From: Nematocida ausubeli
Lineage: Eukaryota
Assembly (NCBI RefSeq): GCF_000738915.1
Contig: NW_026515636.1
Coordinates: 397,175 to 461,174 of the forward strand
DNA: 64,000 bases
Reading direction: 5' to 3'
Below are positions 30,814-40,638 of the stretch, piece by piece. Made by a program: the position numbers and the translations under genes. The notes beneath the pieces were generated by a model. The model ran no database searches. It saw nothing but the letters and a program-made list of their open reading frames with translations, and was not told where the DNA came from. Within the stretch, counting starts at the first letter, position 1. Each line of letters begins with the position of its first letter.

Positions 30814-31989
30814 CTAGCATAAGTTACTGGGAATTGCAAGGTCTACAGCGATGCCTGAATACTTTTTATCATGCGCTTCAACCATATCTTCCCACTGCTT
30901 TTTGGTTATGCATGGCCTTTCAGGTTTGGCATTTACTCCACGTTCTAATCGCTTTAATATTTCGTTTTCATTGCAAATTTCCTCTGTAGGTTCAAGAGTC
31001 TCTAGCTGTGGTTTTTCAAGAGTAACTTCAGTTGCCATTTGCTCAACCTCAGTATGAATGGGGTTATCCATTTGCTCACCCTCAGTATGAATAGGATTGT
31101 CCATTTGCTCACCCTCAGTATGAATAGGATTGTCCATTTGCTCAGCCTCAGTATGAATGGGATTATCCATTTGCTCAGCCTCAGTATGAATGGGATTATC
31201 CATTTTCTCAACCTCAGTATGAATGGGGTTATCCATTTGCTCACCCTCAGTGTGAATGGGATTATCTATTTGCTCAACCTCAGTATGAGTAGGATTATCC
31301 ATTTTCTCAACCTTAGTATGAATAGGATTATCTATTTGCTTAACCTCAGTGTGAATGGGATTAGCTATTTGCTCAACATCACTATAAATTAAACGATCTA
31401 CACCGCAGAAGGATACCGTTCTCTCTTGCATTAAAATACTTTCTCTAAATACCAGTAATCCAATGACTATAATAAAGATGCCCAAGCACATTATAGATAT
31501 ATGCCATAACCCGAATAACTGTATGTAGAAAGCCAGTTTATACTTTATACTGTGATATATTTTAGTTGGCAATCCAGCCTCGTCGTATTCTCTTTCATCG
31601 TTGTTTGAAGTATATGTTGTTGGTCTATAAACTCCAGAGCCTCTTGCAGAACTTTGCCGATAATTGGTGCCGAGAGGATTCTCAAAAGTACTTTCCCTAG
31701 TATCAAAATAGTTATCTGAAGCAGTCCTCGCTGGAATATAAGCTCTTCCACTATATATACCTTCAGTTGGATTGGGTTCTTCGAATCTTGATATTCGTAC
31801 TGTATTTAATTGATTTGCATCACCACCACTGGATGTTGTATAGTATGTTTGAAACTCACCTCTATTCCTTAGCTCAACCTCACATGTAAACATATAGTAA
31901 AGGTTCATTAATACCGGGAACAATATAAGAGCTGCGCCAACCCCAAGTACCCCAAAACTTATTATTCTTTTCTGCATATATTCTTCCAT
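30814..31989 (-). CDS. Hypothetical membrane protein with 11-aa tandem repeats (391 aa)
   Basis: N-terminal signal-anchor, a second hydrophobic block, then about 10.5 copies of E[VAG]EQMDNPIHT. Confidence 0.8.
   Translation of the reverse strand: MEEYMQKRIISFGVLGVGAALILFPVLMNLYYMFTCEVELRNRGEFQTYYTTSSGGDANQLNTVRISRFEEPNPTEGIYSGRAYIPARTASDNYFDTRESTFENPLGTNYRQSSARGSGVYRPTTYTSNNDEREYDEAGLPTKIYHSIKYKLAFYIQLFGLWHISIMCLGIFIIVIGLLVFRESILMQERTVSFCGVDRLIYSDVEQIANPIHTEVKQIDNPIHTKVEKMDNPTHTEVEQIDNPIHTEGEQMDNPIHTEVEKMDNPIHTEAEQMDNPIHTEAEQMDNPIHTEGEQMDNPIHTEGEQMDNPIHTEVEQMATEVTLEKPQLETLEPTEEICNENEILKRLERGVNAKPERPCITKKQWEDMVEAHDKKYSGIAVDLAIPSNLC
31035..31380 (-). repeat. 33-bp coding tandem repeat, about 10.5 units
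   Basis: Unit such as CCATTTGCTCAACCTCAGTATGAATGGGGTTAT, head-to-tail with no spacers. Confidence 0.95.
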
Positions 31990-33069
31990 ATTTGTATGTT
32001 TAATTTTTTTTTCAAGAATCAGTATTTATATATAAAAGATAGAGTTTTAATTTTAATATAACTGAAATATGAATATTGCTAATACAGCTGCATATTTCAG
32101 TCTATTCAGCCAAGCAGTGTCATTTTTTGATATTTACAATGTGTATAGAGTAGTAGTCCTTTCTAGGTAGTGTTTAAATAACAGTTAGAACTATTCTACA
32201 ATAAATTCTTATAAAGAAAACACCCTCTTTCCATACTTTTGCTGTGACGGGTTTTAAAATTACTTTAAAGCCGCGTTTTTTGTTGCTCTATATAATAGTA
32301 AGCTCTTTAAATAATGTTCAATATTATGGCGCGTGCAGTTGCGTAATTTAGAGGAAATTCAAGCTTTAGTAAAGAGCCTAGTTTTAGTATCAGCACATGG
32401 CTTTCTTGAATAAACCCGACAAGAAAAAGCACTTCCTGCCTTTTTGCACTCTATTAGCAAAGAACATATGTTCTATAATAGGAAACTTGAGTTTTCAATA
32501 AAATAAAATAAACAGTAGTTTGCCGGAAAATTAATTTATTTCTATATATTGAATAAACCAACCGCATATACTTTACCATCATAGTAAGATAGAAGAGCAT
32601 AAAAAAGTCTACACCATCTTGATTGCATTAACGGACTCAATAAATAACAAATATAGCAGGATATAGACAGTGCTCTGCTTCTTTCGAGAAATATATTTGT
32701 TGTATCCTCTCTAGAATCTAATGGCATGTATTATATTACTAATAAAACTATAATTGAGGCTACTTGTCATATGAAGGCTGGTTTACTAAATGCAGAGGGT
32801 ATAGTTAGAATGTAGTCTAGCTAAGGGAATTTACTCTTATAAAGGCCAAGGTTTAACAATAAAACCTTAAAAAAAGTAGTAATGAGAAAGGATGTGTAAT
32901 GCCTATACAGTATTTAGAATACCTAGAACTAAGAGTTGTTATAAAGGTGGCGAGTTGTATTTTACCGTGTATTTGCATCCATAGAAAGCACCAAAGAATA
33001 CTCTTTAGATCGTATATAATCCGAAATAAGAATAGGCGCTTATAAGTATCCAGATGCTTGGATAAGTGT

Positions 33070-33290
33070 AAATTGAAACTAAAGAGTTTGAGAAGTATAG
33101 AATAAACTACCAATGCTTAGCTGCGAAAATACAAAAGAATATTAAAACAGTTCCTTCCAAGAAACCTTCTAGAAATTTCAAACCAAGTGTACAGAAAAAA
33201 CTTGCAACATGTGTAAGAAAAAAGGACATCCTGCTTGGGGCTGTTATGTTAAGGCAGAAACAGTAAAAGTATTAATAATGCCTGTATGCC
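33070..33290 (+). mobile_element. Degenerate gag-like relic with CCHC zinc knuckle
   Basis: 33203-33244 encodes CNMCKKKGHPAWGC (CX2CX4HX4C). It is preceded, across a frameshift in an A-run, by basic KIQKNIKTVPSKKPSRNFKPSVQKK. Upstream frames contain stops. Boundaries are approximate. Confidence 0.5.
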
Positions 33291-33715
33291 CATAAGAGAA
33301 GATTTACAAAACGTATAGATTTAAGCCTATAATAATGATGCTATTCTGTTTATGCTCTGTATTTCTGCAAGATAGAGTAACCTTCATCTATGCACGAGAT
33401 CTAATGCTTCTCTCATATTAATTTTAATATCCATGTTCTTCTTTATTATATTCAGACTTCTGTATAAACTTCATTGGATTTACTTCAGTTTGGTTGCTTA
33501 TAAGTGATTATAGAAGGAAAAGCATATATGCTATTAGAAGACATTAATATAAAAATGTATGGAGGTTCTGACACAAACAAGGAATAATCCCATCTGCTCT
33601 TACCCTGCACTAGTCTTATGTATGAGGGAATAGTCAATCCATTGTATTAAACATGAATACTGTCTTCCTCACATATATTAAATATTACAAGGGCGTAAAA
33701 ATTAAATAAATAAAA

Positions 33716-34207
33716 ATGAAAGTGATTTTGGCAGTGCACCTAGGATACTTAGTACTCTTGCTCTCGGCATTAGTAAAACACATTGGACTTCCACTATATT
33801 ACCAACACAGGCTGGAGCTGGATATGCAGGAGGTAAAGAATGCCTATAACGTATTTGTGCGCACGTACATAGATACTAGTGCAAAAGACCCTCTGCAAAA
33901 GTATGAGGAGATTAAAAAACTAAGAGAGATAGTTATTTACAGCGACATAGTTGGGTGCGATAAAGTGAAACCCCTTTTGTCCTTGGATCCAGTAAAGATA
34001 GCTGGGGAGGTAGATTATTTATATGCACAGCTGGTGAAGAAAATAAATCAGCCAAGAAAGGTGCATCTGCAATATTCACTGGAGTGCAACTTGGGCATGC
34101 TTTGCTCGCTTATTCTTCCTAGCGTTCTGGTCGTTCTTACCAATTTAAAGGGACTTATTAAGACGCATTCTCTCTCACACTGTTTCACAAAGAATATTTA
34201 TGGGTGA
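33716..34207 (+). CDS. Hypothetical protein with N-terminal and C-terminal hydrophobic segments (163 aa)
   Basis: ORF with signal-like N-terminus. Its stop overlaps the next ATG by 8 bp (ATGGGTGA). Confidence 0.65.
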   Translation: MKVILAVHLGYLVLLLSALVKHIGLPLYYQHRLELDMQEVKNAYNVFVRTYIDTSAKDPLQKYEEIKKLREIVIYSDIVGCDKVKPLLSLDPVKIAGEVDYLYAQLVKKINQPRKVHLQYSLECNLGMLCSLILPSVLVVLTNLKGLIKTHSLSHCFTKNIYG

Positions 34208-35942
34208 AGAAAACTTAAAAGAAATGGTAAATGAAGAGAAAGTACAGACTCCTGCAGAAACAAACAAACCACATATATTGACAAAGGAACACAAAAAGGC
34301 TTTAAGCAATTTCAGAGAACAAGTCAGATATAAGGACTATAAGGGGCTTGTAAGAACTCTAAAGGTAATTGAGGAAATCATTCTGCGCCCGCAGCTTTAC
34401 ATTATAGAAGACAAGTACAGGGAAAGATACGAGCTAGTTCACGAGAACATTCTGCTATTAAAAAATATTCTAATAAGTGACATAAAGTATAGCATAACAA
34501 ATGAAAAGGGGCTTGATAAAAGCGCAGTTCTTCTGTCAACGATCCTATCGGAAAAGTATGTGTCGGATGTGCAAAAGTCCATTGTGATCTGGATGTCAAA
34601 TAATGTGCAAACAAAGCACACTAAAGAGATACAAAGGTTGGAAAATCTGATAGATGTAGAGAACTCTCTAAAGCTACTTCTTACCATAAAGGATAATGTA
34701 GGCATGAAAACAGCGCATCTTCCAATTTGGTGGAATATTTCTAAAGTCATTCTGTGCGACCTTTCTATTATTTTGAAGAATAAGCTGATCCGTGTGATTG
34801 ACAGAGCAGATTTCTCGTGTGTTGACTATTTGGAGGCCCTAAAGGCATGCATGGAGTTTGAAACCACATATCTTCTGATTTCAGGTAGAAAAGCAACATC
34901 TCTTAACAACAAAACAAAGATAGAAGGTCTTGAGGTCTCAGAGAGATCGCCTGCACATCTGAAGCTGCTTGACGATATATCTACAGAGCTTCCTATATGC
35001 AATGAAGAGATTGAGCCAAACTCTCTAACTATTGCATTTATACCATATATTCACATCTACATTGAAAACGAGCTAAAGCCACTGGCTGACAAAAAAATGC
35101 TTTTTGTTAAGAATGAGGTGCACAGCAGTACATACAGTATATACACCACCCTGACACAGACGCTAACAAAGCTGCTCTACTTTAAATTTCCAAGTGTAGG
35201 ATACTCCTTTCTCACAATAGTTGATAAAGTTATCTCAAAAATCATCAGCAAATCACCCTTCACGGAGGCAAAAGAGAACTTTCTTTCTGGAATTGAAACC
35301 ATGCACTATGTAAAGCAGATGACAAAAGAAATGCTTGTTAAGCTTCAGAAAACATTTAACATCTCGGACATCGCGTCTCCTAGTACCATTCATGCGCTTG
35401 ATGATCTATCCCATAGAATGTATGCGTCTTATATGCTATACATGCAGGACAGGCTGTCCTTTTTAAACAAGAAGACTCTAAAGGCAGGAAATCTAGAAAG
35501 CTACACAATTCCTTTTCTTGCTGAGCTAATTCAAGAGATAGAAAGCATATCGAGTGTTTCGTTCACGTCATATGACTATCTACTCAAAGAGTGGCTGGAT
35601 ATGCTAGGAGAGGCAATCTTTTTAGTTCTGTGCGAGATGAAGTTTACTGTCTCGCAAGCAGAGCAGGTTCTGTACTTTATGAGTGCGGTTGAGGTTCCCT
35701 TGAAGAGCACTATTTTAGTGCATCTTGAGCTAGATATACAGTACTCAATATTCGACAAGGCCAAGCTCTTTCTAAAGCTTTTCCTGCAGGAGCCGTCTTC
35801 CCCTGAGCAATTTATAGAAAACTTCTACAAGATGTCAAATGGCCTATTTGCTTTCCACCAGGTTCTGACAAAAGTTCCAAAAAAGCACCACAAAAATCTT
35901 ATTACAGAGTTTAACAAGAGCTCGTCTCTAAATACTCTGTGA
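34200..35942 (+). CDS. VPS53: Vps53-like GARP complex subunit
   Basis: Collinear blocks resembling Vps53: QVRYKDYKGLVRTL, LPIWWNI..YLEALKACMEFE, LTIAFIPYIHIYIENE, VSQAEQVL, KAKLFLKLFLQEPSSPEQFIENF..FHQVL. Confidence 0.72.
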   Translation: MGEENLKEMVNEEKVQTPAETNKPHILTKEHKKALSNFREQVRYKDYKGLVRTLKVIEEIILRPQLYIIEDKYRERYELVHENILLLKNILISDIKYSITNEKGLDKSAVLLSTILSEKYVSDVQKSIVIWMSNNVQTKHTKEIQRLENLIDVENSLKLLLTIKDNVGMKTAHLPIWWNISKVILCDLSIILKNKLIRVIDRADFSCVDYLEALKACMEFETTYLLISGRKATSLNNKTKIEGLEVSERSPAHLKLLDDISTELPICNEEIEPNSLTIAFIPYIHIYIENELKPLADKKMLFVKNEVHSSTYSIYTTLTQTLTKLLYFKFPSVGYSFLTIVDKVISKIISKSPFTEAKENFLSGIETMHYVKQMTKEMLVKLQKTFNISDIASPSTIHALDDLSHRMYASYMLYMQDRLSFLNKKTLKAGNLESYTIPFLAELIQEIESISSVSFTSYDYLLKEWLDMLGEAIFLVLCEMKFTVSQAEQVLYFMSAVEVPLKSTILVHLELDIQYSIFDKAKLFLKLFLQEPSSPEQFIENFYKMSNGLFAFHQVLTKVPKKHHKNLITEFNKSSSLNTL

Positions 35943-36134
35943 GCGCATTAGTGTGCATAGCGTGGATAACATAGGCACACGGCAAAGTCTTTATAGAGGT
36001 GCATGCATCTACGACAATTGAAAATAAAACATGACAAAGCTATAAATAAGAGAGCTATTTTAAGTGTTAGAGGGGCTACTAATAATTATACAAAGCAAAA
36101 GAAAATAGTATAATTTATGTGTAATACCCTGTAT

Positions 36135-38828
36135 TTATTTGGATTTTGAACATGATAGATATTCTAGCATCGTATCATAGTTTTGTTTACTTTGTATGTC
36201 ACTTTTTAAATGCAGCAAGTCTTTTTCTGTTTTTACGACTAGTAAAACTTTTGCAATAAGGGCTAAATCTATGACAGGATTAAAGACTTTAGGATTCCGC
36301 AAATCATCAAAGTTTATAAGGCTGTACGTTAGCTTAATAAATTTCTGTTTTTTTGGATGGTCGCAGCATGCATAAACAAACAAAGTCATGTAGATGTCAT
36401 TAACATACTCTGCATCTTTAGGAGTTTTGTATCTTTCAATTATGGTGTGAAGCTTGGAAATTATGGGTATTTTTCCCTCCTCTACTACATGATTTAAAAA
36501 CATTCTACATATTATGGCATTAGATAATGTGTAAAACATGTCAGTACAATATTTTTCTCCCATTGTTAGATAGGTTTCAATACATTTAACTGCAATATCA
36601 ACACTCTCCGAAACTAATATACGCCTATAGTTGTAAAACAAGTTGACTCTACCATGTTTTTCTCTGGGCAGATGCTGGGATGGCTTATATCCAAGGTTGG
36701 GATAGTATACCTGCCATCTTGGGTGAAATGGGAACAGATACGTCATATTCCGCATTGTATGATTGTCATCCAGTGGCACACTTCCTAACATGTTTGCAGA
36801 GATGCGTGTGAAAGGATGAGTTGCAGGAAAATCTTTTTGCAGCGAGTAGAGCATAAATTTAATCACAAACAGATACTTATACTCAATATCAAGAGGCTTT
36901 CCTAACAAGAATACTTTAGAAACATCTTTAGATTCATTGTTCAGAAGTGCTATAATATTTTTGCTATAGCCATCTAAGCGTGTTTCTCTATTCATTCTTA
37001 AATTGTCTATTTCCATAACAGAATAATTAGTAGCAATATATCCTGTGTAGCTGTTCATTCCGTTGTAAATGTTTCCTATTTTTTTATACATTTCTTCAAT
37101 GCACTTAGAACTAGCACGTGGAAATGAAAGAAGAGCAAGACTAGCATCATTACTTTCTACATTCAAAGCAATTCCATTACGTTTTTTATCAAATGTATAA
37201 ACAATTTTAATTTTACCAAAGAGATCTGCCTTTCCATTTGACCTCTTTCCGGGCTTCAGCATGCTGCAATCTAGTTCTATATCCTTATTCTGCGATAGAG
37301 ACATAATAATAGACTCCATAGCATCATAAATACCAACCTCGCTATCATCGTCAAAATTTAACCTTCCTAATCTGCATGCAATCTCTATATACCTAACTAG
37401 TTCCTCCGTGTCTTTCTTCTGTCCTGTTATTTCTGCAATTGCTAAAAATATATTTGCAACTCCAGAGCAGAGTTCGTTCCTTTCCTGCTTATAGTTAATT
37501 TTATCGTTCTTTAAGCAAGCAACAACTTTACTCCACTCCTTGTGCATTTCAAAGCCAATGCTTTCTGTTGGCTTAGAATATATTTCAAAGAATTCCTTCA
37601 GCTCTTTACTTATTCCTTTTCCCATGTGGCTGGTCTGATAACTTTTTGTCCTTGGGTTGTATGCCAGACAGCAGAATAGCCCTAGAAGGGCTGTCTCTAC
37701 GCGGCTGTTGTAGTATATGGCTTTTTCTTTCACAAAATCAGTCTTGTCTAGTTTGCATTGCGGCACTCTAATGTATGCTGGTAGCTGAGTAGCACTATAA
37801 AATGGGAAATTAGCATCTTTATATGCGGCATTCACTAAGTCATCGAAAGGTGTAGTATACTTTATACTTTTGCTCTGCGCACTTTTTTCTATGAAGAGCT
37901 CGTTAAATACTCTGGTGTTGTCGTTTAGATTGCTTTTCTCAGTCATTTGATCAGAAAGAAGCTCATGCACTGCATTCACAAAGCTTGTATAATCCTCTAC
38001 AGTGTCAATAAATTCATATATGTATGCCTGTATAAGAAAGCGTGCATTATTCAGAAATTTCCCACTCTCAAACTCTTTTTTGGTAGTTGGCATTGCAAAC
38101 TCGCCTCCTTTTTTTAGCAGTGGACTGGCTCTGCACTGTCTATAGAAGTCAATAATTTCGGCCACTTCACTTTGGTAAATAATATAGCTATGCTCATTAG
38201 TGGCTGTGTCTATACCCGCAGTATGCATTAATATGCTCACAAAGTTATTATCTTTGGATGCCTTACGTTTTATGACAAGACACTTCATGTCCTCTCCATG
38301 CTCTACTGCTATTTTAATGTCAACACCTTCTGAAAGGAGAAGAAGTGCTGCAAGAATGTATTTTGCATCCTTCTTGACGTGTTTAGCTCTTAAGAAGTTC
38401 GTAAGTGCATTTGACCTTCCTGCCTCAATGGAAAGGTCTCCCTTTTCTGAAGGAAACATCTTTATGAGCTGTTCATGGTACGCGCTGAGATACTTGCCAT
38501 TAGGAGCCTGTGTGGCAATGTCTTTATACACCCTGTCATTAGCTGGTGTTCGCTTAAAGTCGTAATTTTGTTGTTTTGTAATAGATAACCCATTCTCACG
38601 CAACGAATAGTTGGTTTCTATTTCAGAGGAATAAAACCGTTTGTTGTTCATGTGTCCGCTTCTTTGCCCAATATATCCACGCAGAAGATTCAAAGGCCCT
38701 TCTGGGTTAATAATCACATCCTGGTTCTTGCCAATAGAAGTCACACTGACTCTCTTTATGTCTTCTACTGTTATTTTTGTCAGAATACTCTGTAGCATCA
38801 TTAAGTTTAGAAGTATTCTACTGATCAT
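36135..38828 (-). CDS. Secreted Nematocida large-gene-family protein (NemLGF1-like), about 897 aa
   Basis: Signal peptide MISRILLNLMMLQSILT followed by VIINPEGPLNLLRGYI..KRF.S.EIETNY, LIKMFPS..GDLSIE, YILAALLLLSEGVDI, FLIQAYIYEFI, ETALLGLFCCLAYNP. These motifs are recalled from the expanded Nematocida family; the family name is from memory. Confidence 0.8.
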   Translation of the reverse strand: MISRILLNLMMLQSILTKITVEDIKRVSVTSIGKNQDVIINPEGPLNLLRGYIGQRSGHMNNKRFYSSEIETNYSLRENGLSITKQQNYDFKRTPANDRVYKDIATQAPNGKYLSAYHEQLIKMFPSEKGDLSIEAGRSNALTNFLRAKHVKKDAKYILAALLLLSEGVDIKIAVEHGEDMKCLVIKRKASKDNNFVSILMHTAGIDTATNEHSYIIYQSEVAEIIDFYRQCRASPLLKKGGEFAMPTTKKEFESGKFLNNARFLIQAYIYEFIDTVEDYTSFVNAVHELLSDQMTEKSNLNDNTRVFNELFIEKSAQSKSIKYTTPFDDLVNAAYKDANFPFYSATQLPAYIRVPQCKLDKTDFVKEKAIYYNSRVETALLGLFCCLAYNPRTKSYQTSHMGKGISKELKEFFEIYSKPTESIGFEMHKEWSKVVACLKNDKINYKQERNELCSGVANIFLAIAEITGQKKDTEELVRYIEIACRLGRLNFDDDSEVGIYDAMESIIMSLSQNKDIELDCSMLKPGKRSNGKADLFGKIKIVYTFDKKRNGIALNVESNDASLALLSFPRASSKCIEEMYKKIGNIYNGMNSYTGYIATNYSVMEIDNLRMNRETRLDGYSKNIIALLNNESKDVSKVFLLGKPLDIEYKYLFVIKFMLYSLQKDFPATHPFTRISANMLGSVPLDDNHTMRNMTYLFPFHPRWQVYYPNLGYKPSQHLPREKHGRVNLFYNYRRILVSESVDIAVKCIETYLTMGEKYCTDMFYTLSNAIICRMFLNHVVEEGKIPIISKLHTIIERYKTPKDAEYVNDIYMTLFVYACCDHPKKQKFIKLTYSLINFDDLRNPKVFNPVIDLALIAKVLLVVKTEKDLLHLKSDIQSKQNYDTMLEYLSCSKSK

Positions 38829-39362
38829 TTTTTGTAAACCAAAAAAAGATTTTCTTTTTAACCGTTTTAATTTCTCATTTTTCATTATTTTTGGCGCCCG
38901 TTATTTTTATTTATAAATGGACTATTTTGACTATTCTCCTATAGACTATCTGTATACATAATTATCCAATAATTTAAAACAGTTCTGCATTTACTTTCTC
39001 AGAAGACCTTGGAATGTATAGAACTATTTAGCTTTCTTTCTTTAAAAATATACTGTTAAATCATGGTGTTTTATTCTAAATATAATCTTTCTTTTTCTAC
39101 TATTATGTGAGCTGAACTGCTTATTGTGCTATCAGCGGGAGTATGGGTCTTTGAAATATGCTATTTCTTTGATTTTCCTTTCCTCTTCCTTTTTTTTATA
39201 AGAATCAAACCATCCTACTTAATATAATTGTATGGCATGCATAGGAGAGTTTATTTTTCATATTTGCAAAAAGTATCAGAAAGAGTGAAAACTAAGGGCA
39301 CATATTTCTAAAATATAGTCTTTAGGTATAAACACTGGAAATATTCTATTTAGAGAAAACTG

Positions 39363-39374
39363 TTCGGGTTATAT
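39363..39374 (-). promoter_or_regulatory. Recurrent intergenic motif ATATAACCCGA(A), copy 3
   Basis: Plus strand reads TTCGGGTTATAT. Confidence 0.4.
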
Positions 39375-39430
39375 CATCTTTATTTCTATCTCTAGAGGAT
39401 TACTTGGTAGAATGCGACAAATAAACCATA

Positions 39431-39901
39431 TTAGTTGTTTTCTGCAATGAATGTTCTGGCATTCATGGCGGCCATACATCCTGTTCCAGCTAATGCAATC
39501 ATTTCTGTTTGGTCCTTCACTAAATTTCCACATCTAAATAGGAACTTGCTGTTTACATCTCCAACTATTAGTTTAAGCGTTTCGTCTGTAGAGATAATGA
39601 GTGTTTTTGCCAGTATTTCTTCGTTGGAAAATATTCTTGCCTGCGCCTTCTCAATTTCAATCTTTTTTACTTCAGCAGTGCTTTCTTCCACATTGAATTT
39701 ACTCATCTGCTTGTATGCGTTCATGCGAAATGCCTCGTATGTGCCTTCCTTGTACCCAACGTATCTGTTAACGCCTGTAACAACGCTTGTTTCATCTGGG
39801 CAGTTTATGTAGAGAGTTTTACTGTTTGACATGCCTGCGTATATTGCTGCGGTTATTGCTGATACATTTCTTCCTATTATAACAATGTCAAACACTTTCA
39901 T
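39431..39901 (-). CDS. Truncated thioredoxin-reductase-like protein (FAD-domain halves only, 156 aa)
   Basis: DIVIIGRNVSAITAAIYAG, VNRYVGY, ILAKTLIIST, then directly FLFRCGNLV..IALAGTGCMAAMNARTFI. No CxxC and no NADPH domain. Confidence 0.8.
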   Translation of the reverse strand: MKVFDIVIIGRNVSAITAAIYAGMSNSKTLYINCPDETSVVTGVNRYVGYKEGTYEAFRMNAYKQMSKFNVEESTAEVKKIEIEKAQARIFSNEEILAKTLIISTDETLKLIVGDVNSKFLFRCGNLVKDQTEMIALAGTGCMAAMNARTFIAENN

Positions 39902-39935
39902 TACTACGAATTAAATTAGAAAAATATTCAAGTTA

Positions 39936-40619
39936 ATGTTTTCAAGACTTTTCTCTAGAAGGAATGAGCTGGAATGGACGCTAACGCCCAAAAGATACGC
40001 CCCAGGGAGGAATGAGCACCACACCGGGAAGATATTTCTACCGCAGCTCTGCTTGATCACTTTGGTGTCAAAACAGGTAGACACTCCATACATCTTCAAA
40101 ATATCAGCAAACGGAGACATATCGTATACACACGTGGGTGTTCAGGAATTTATAGATGAGCCAGATGAGGCAATTCTTCCCAACTGGCTGTACGAACAAC
40201 TAGCACTCGACGGGAGCCCAGTTGAAATATCATATGTGTCCCTGCCTAAGGGCACATTTATTAAGCTACTGCCACAGAGCAAAGATTTTCTGGAAATAGA
40301 AAACCCAAAGATAGCACTTGAGAATTCTCTAAGAAACTACCAGGTGCTAAGCAAAGGGGACACAATTTCTTTATATATAGAAAGCGAGTTCAAGCACATT
40401 CTATTCACAGTGGCAGAGATACAGCCAGAGGGGCCGGGCATCATTATAATAGATACAGACTTAGAGGTGGACTTTCTTCCCCCCGCAGATTATGTTGAAA
40501 ATACAGCAGAAGATGCATCTGCCCTGGTGCACATTTCCAGTGATGAGACCGTTTCAATTCACGATCCTTTCTTTACCAATAGCGATACAAGACTGGGCGT
40601 AGTTTTTAAGCACGAATAA
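39936..40619 (+). CDS. UFD1: Ubiquitin fusion degradation protein Ufd1 (UT3 domain plus short tail)
   Basis: GKIFLPQ..L, THVGVQEF, LPNWL, SLPKGTFIKLLPQSKDFLEIENPKIALENSLRNY..LSKGD, IIDTDLEVDFLPP..Y. Confidence 0.93.
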   Translation: MFSRLFSRRNELEWTLTPKRYAPGRNEHHTGKIFLPQLCLITLVSKQVDTPYIFKISANGDISYTHVGVQEFIDEPDEAILPNWLYEQLALDGSPVEISYVSLPKGTFIKLLPQSKDFLEIENPKIALENSLRNYQVLSKGDTISLYIESEFKHILFTVAEIQPEGPGIIIIDTDLEVDFLPPADYVENTAEDASALVHISSDETVSIHDPFFTNSDTRLGVVFKHE

Positions 40620-40638
40620 AAATAATTAATTATACAGA

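Noticed and set aside
31035..31380. CRISPR-like array
   Set aside because: Repeats are contiguous with no unique spacers, in frame within a CDS, and the genome is eukaryotic.
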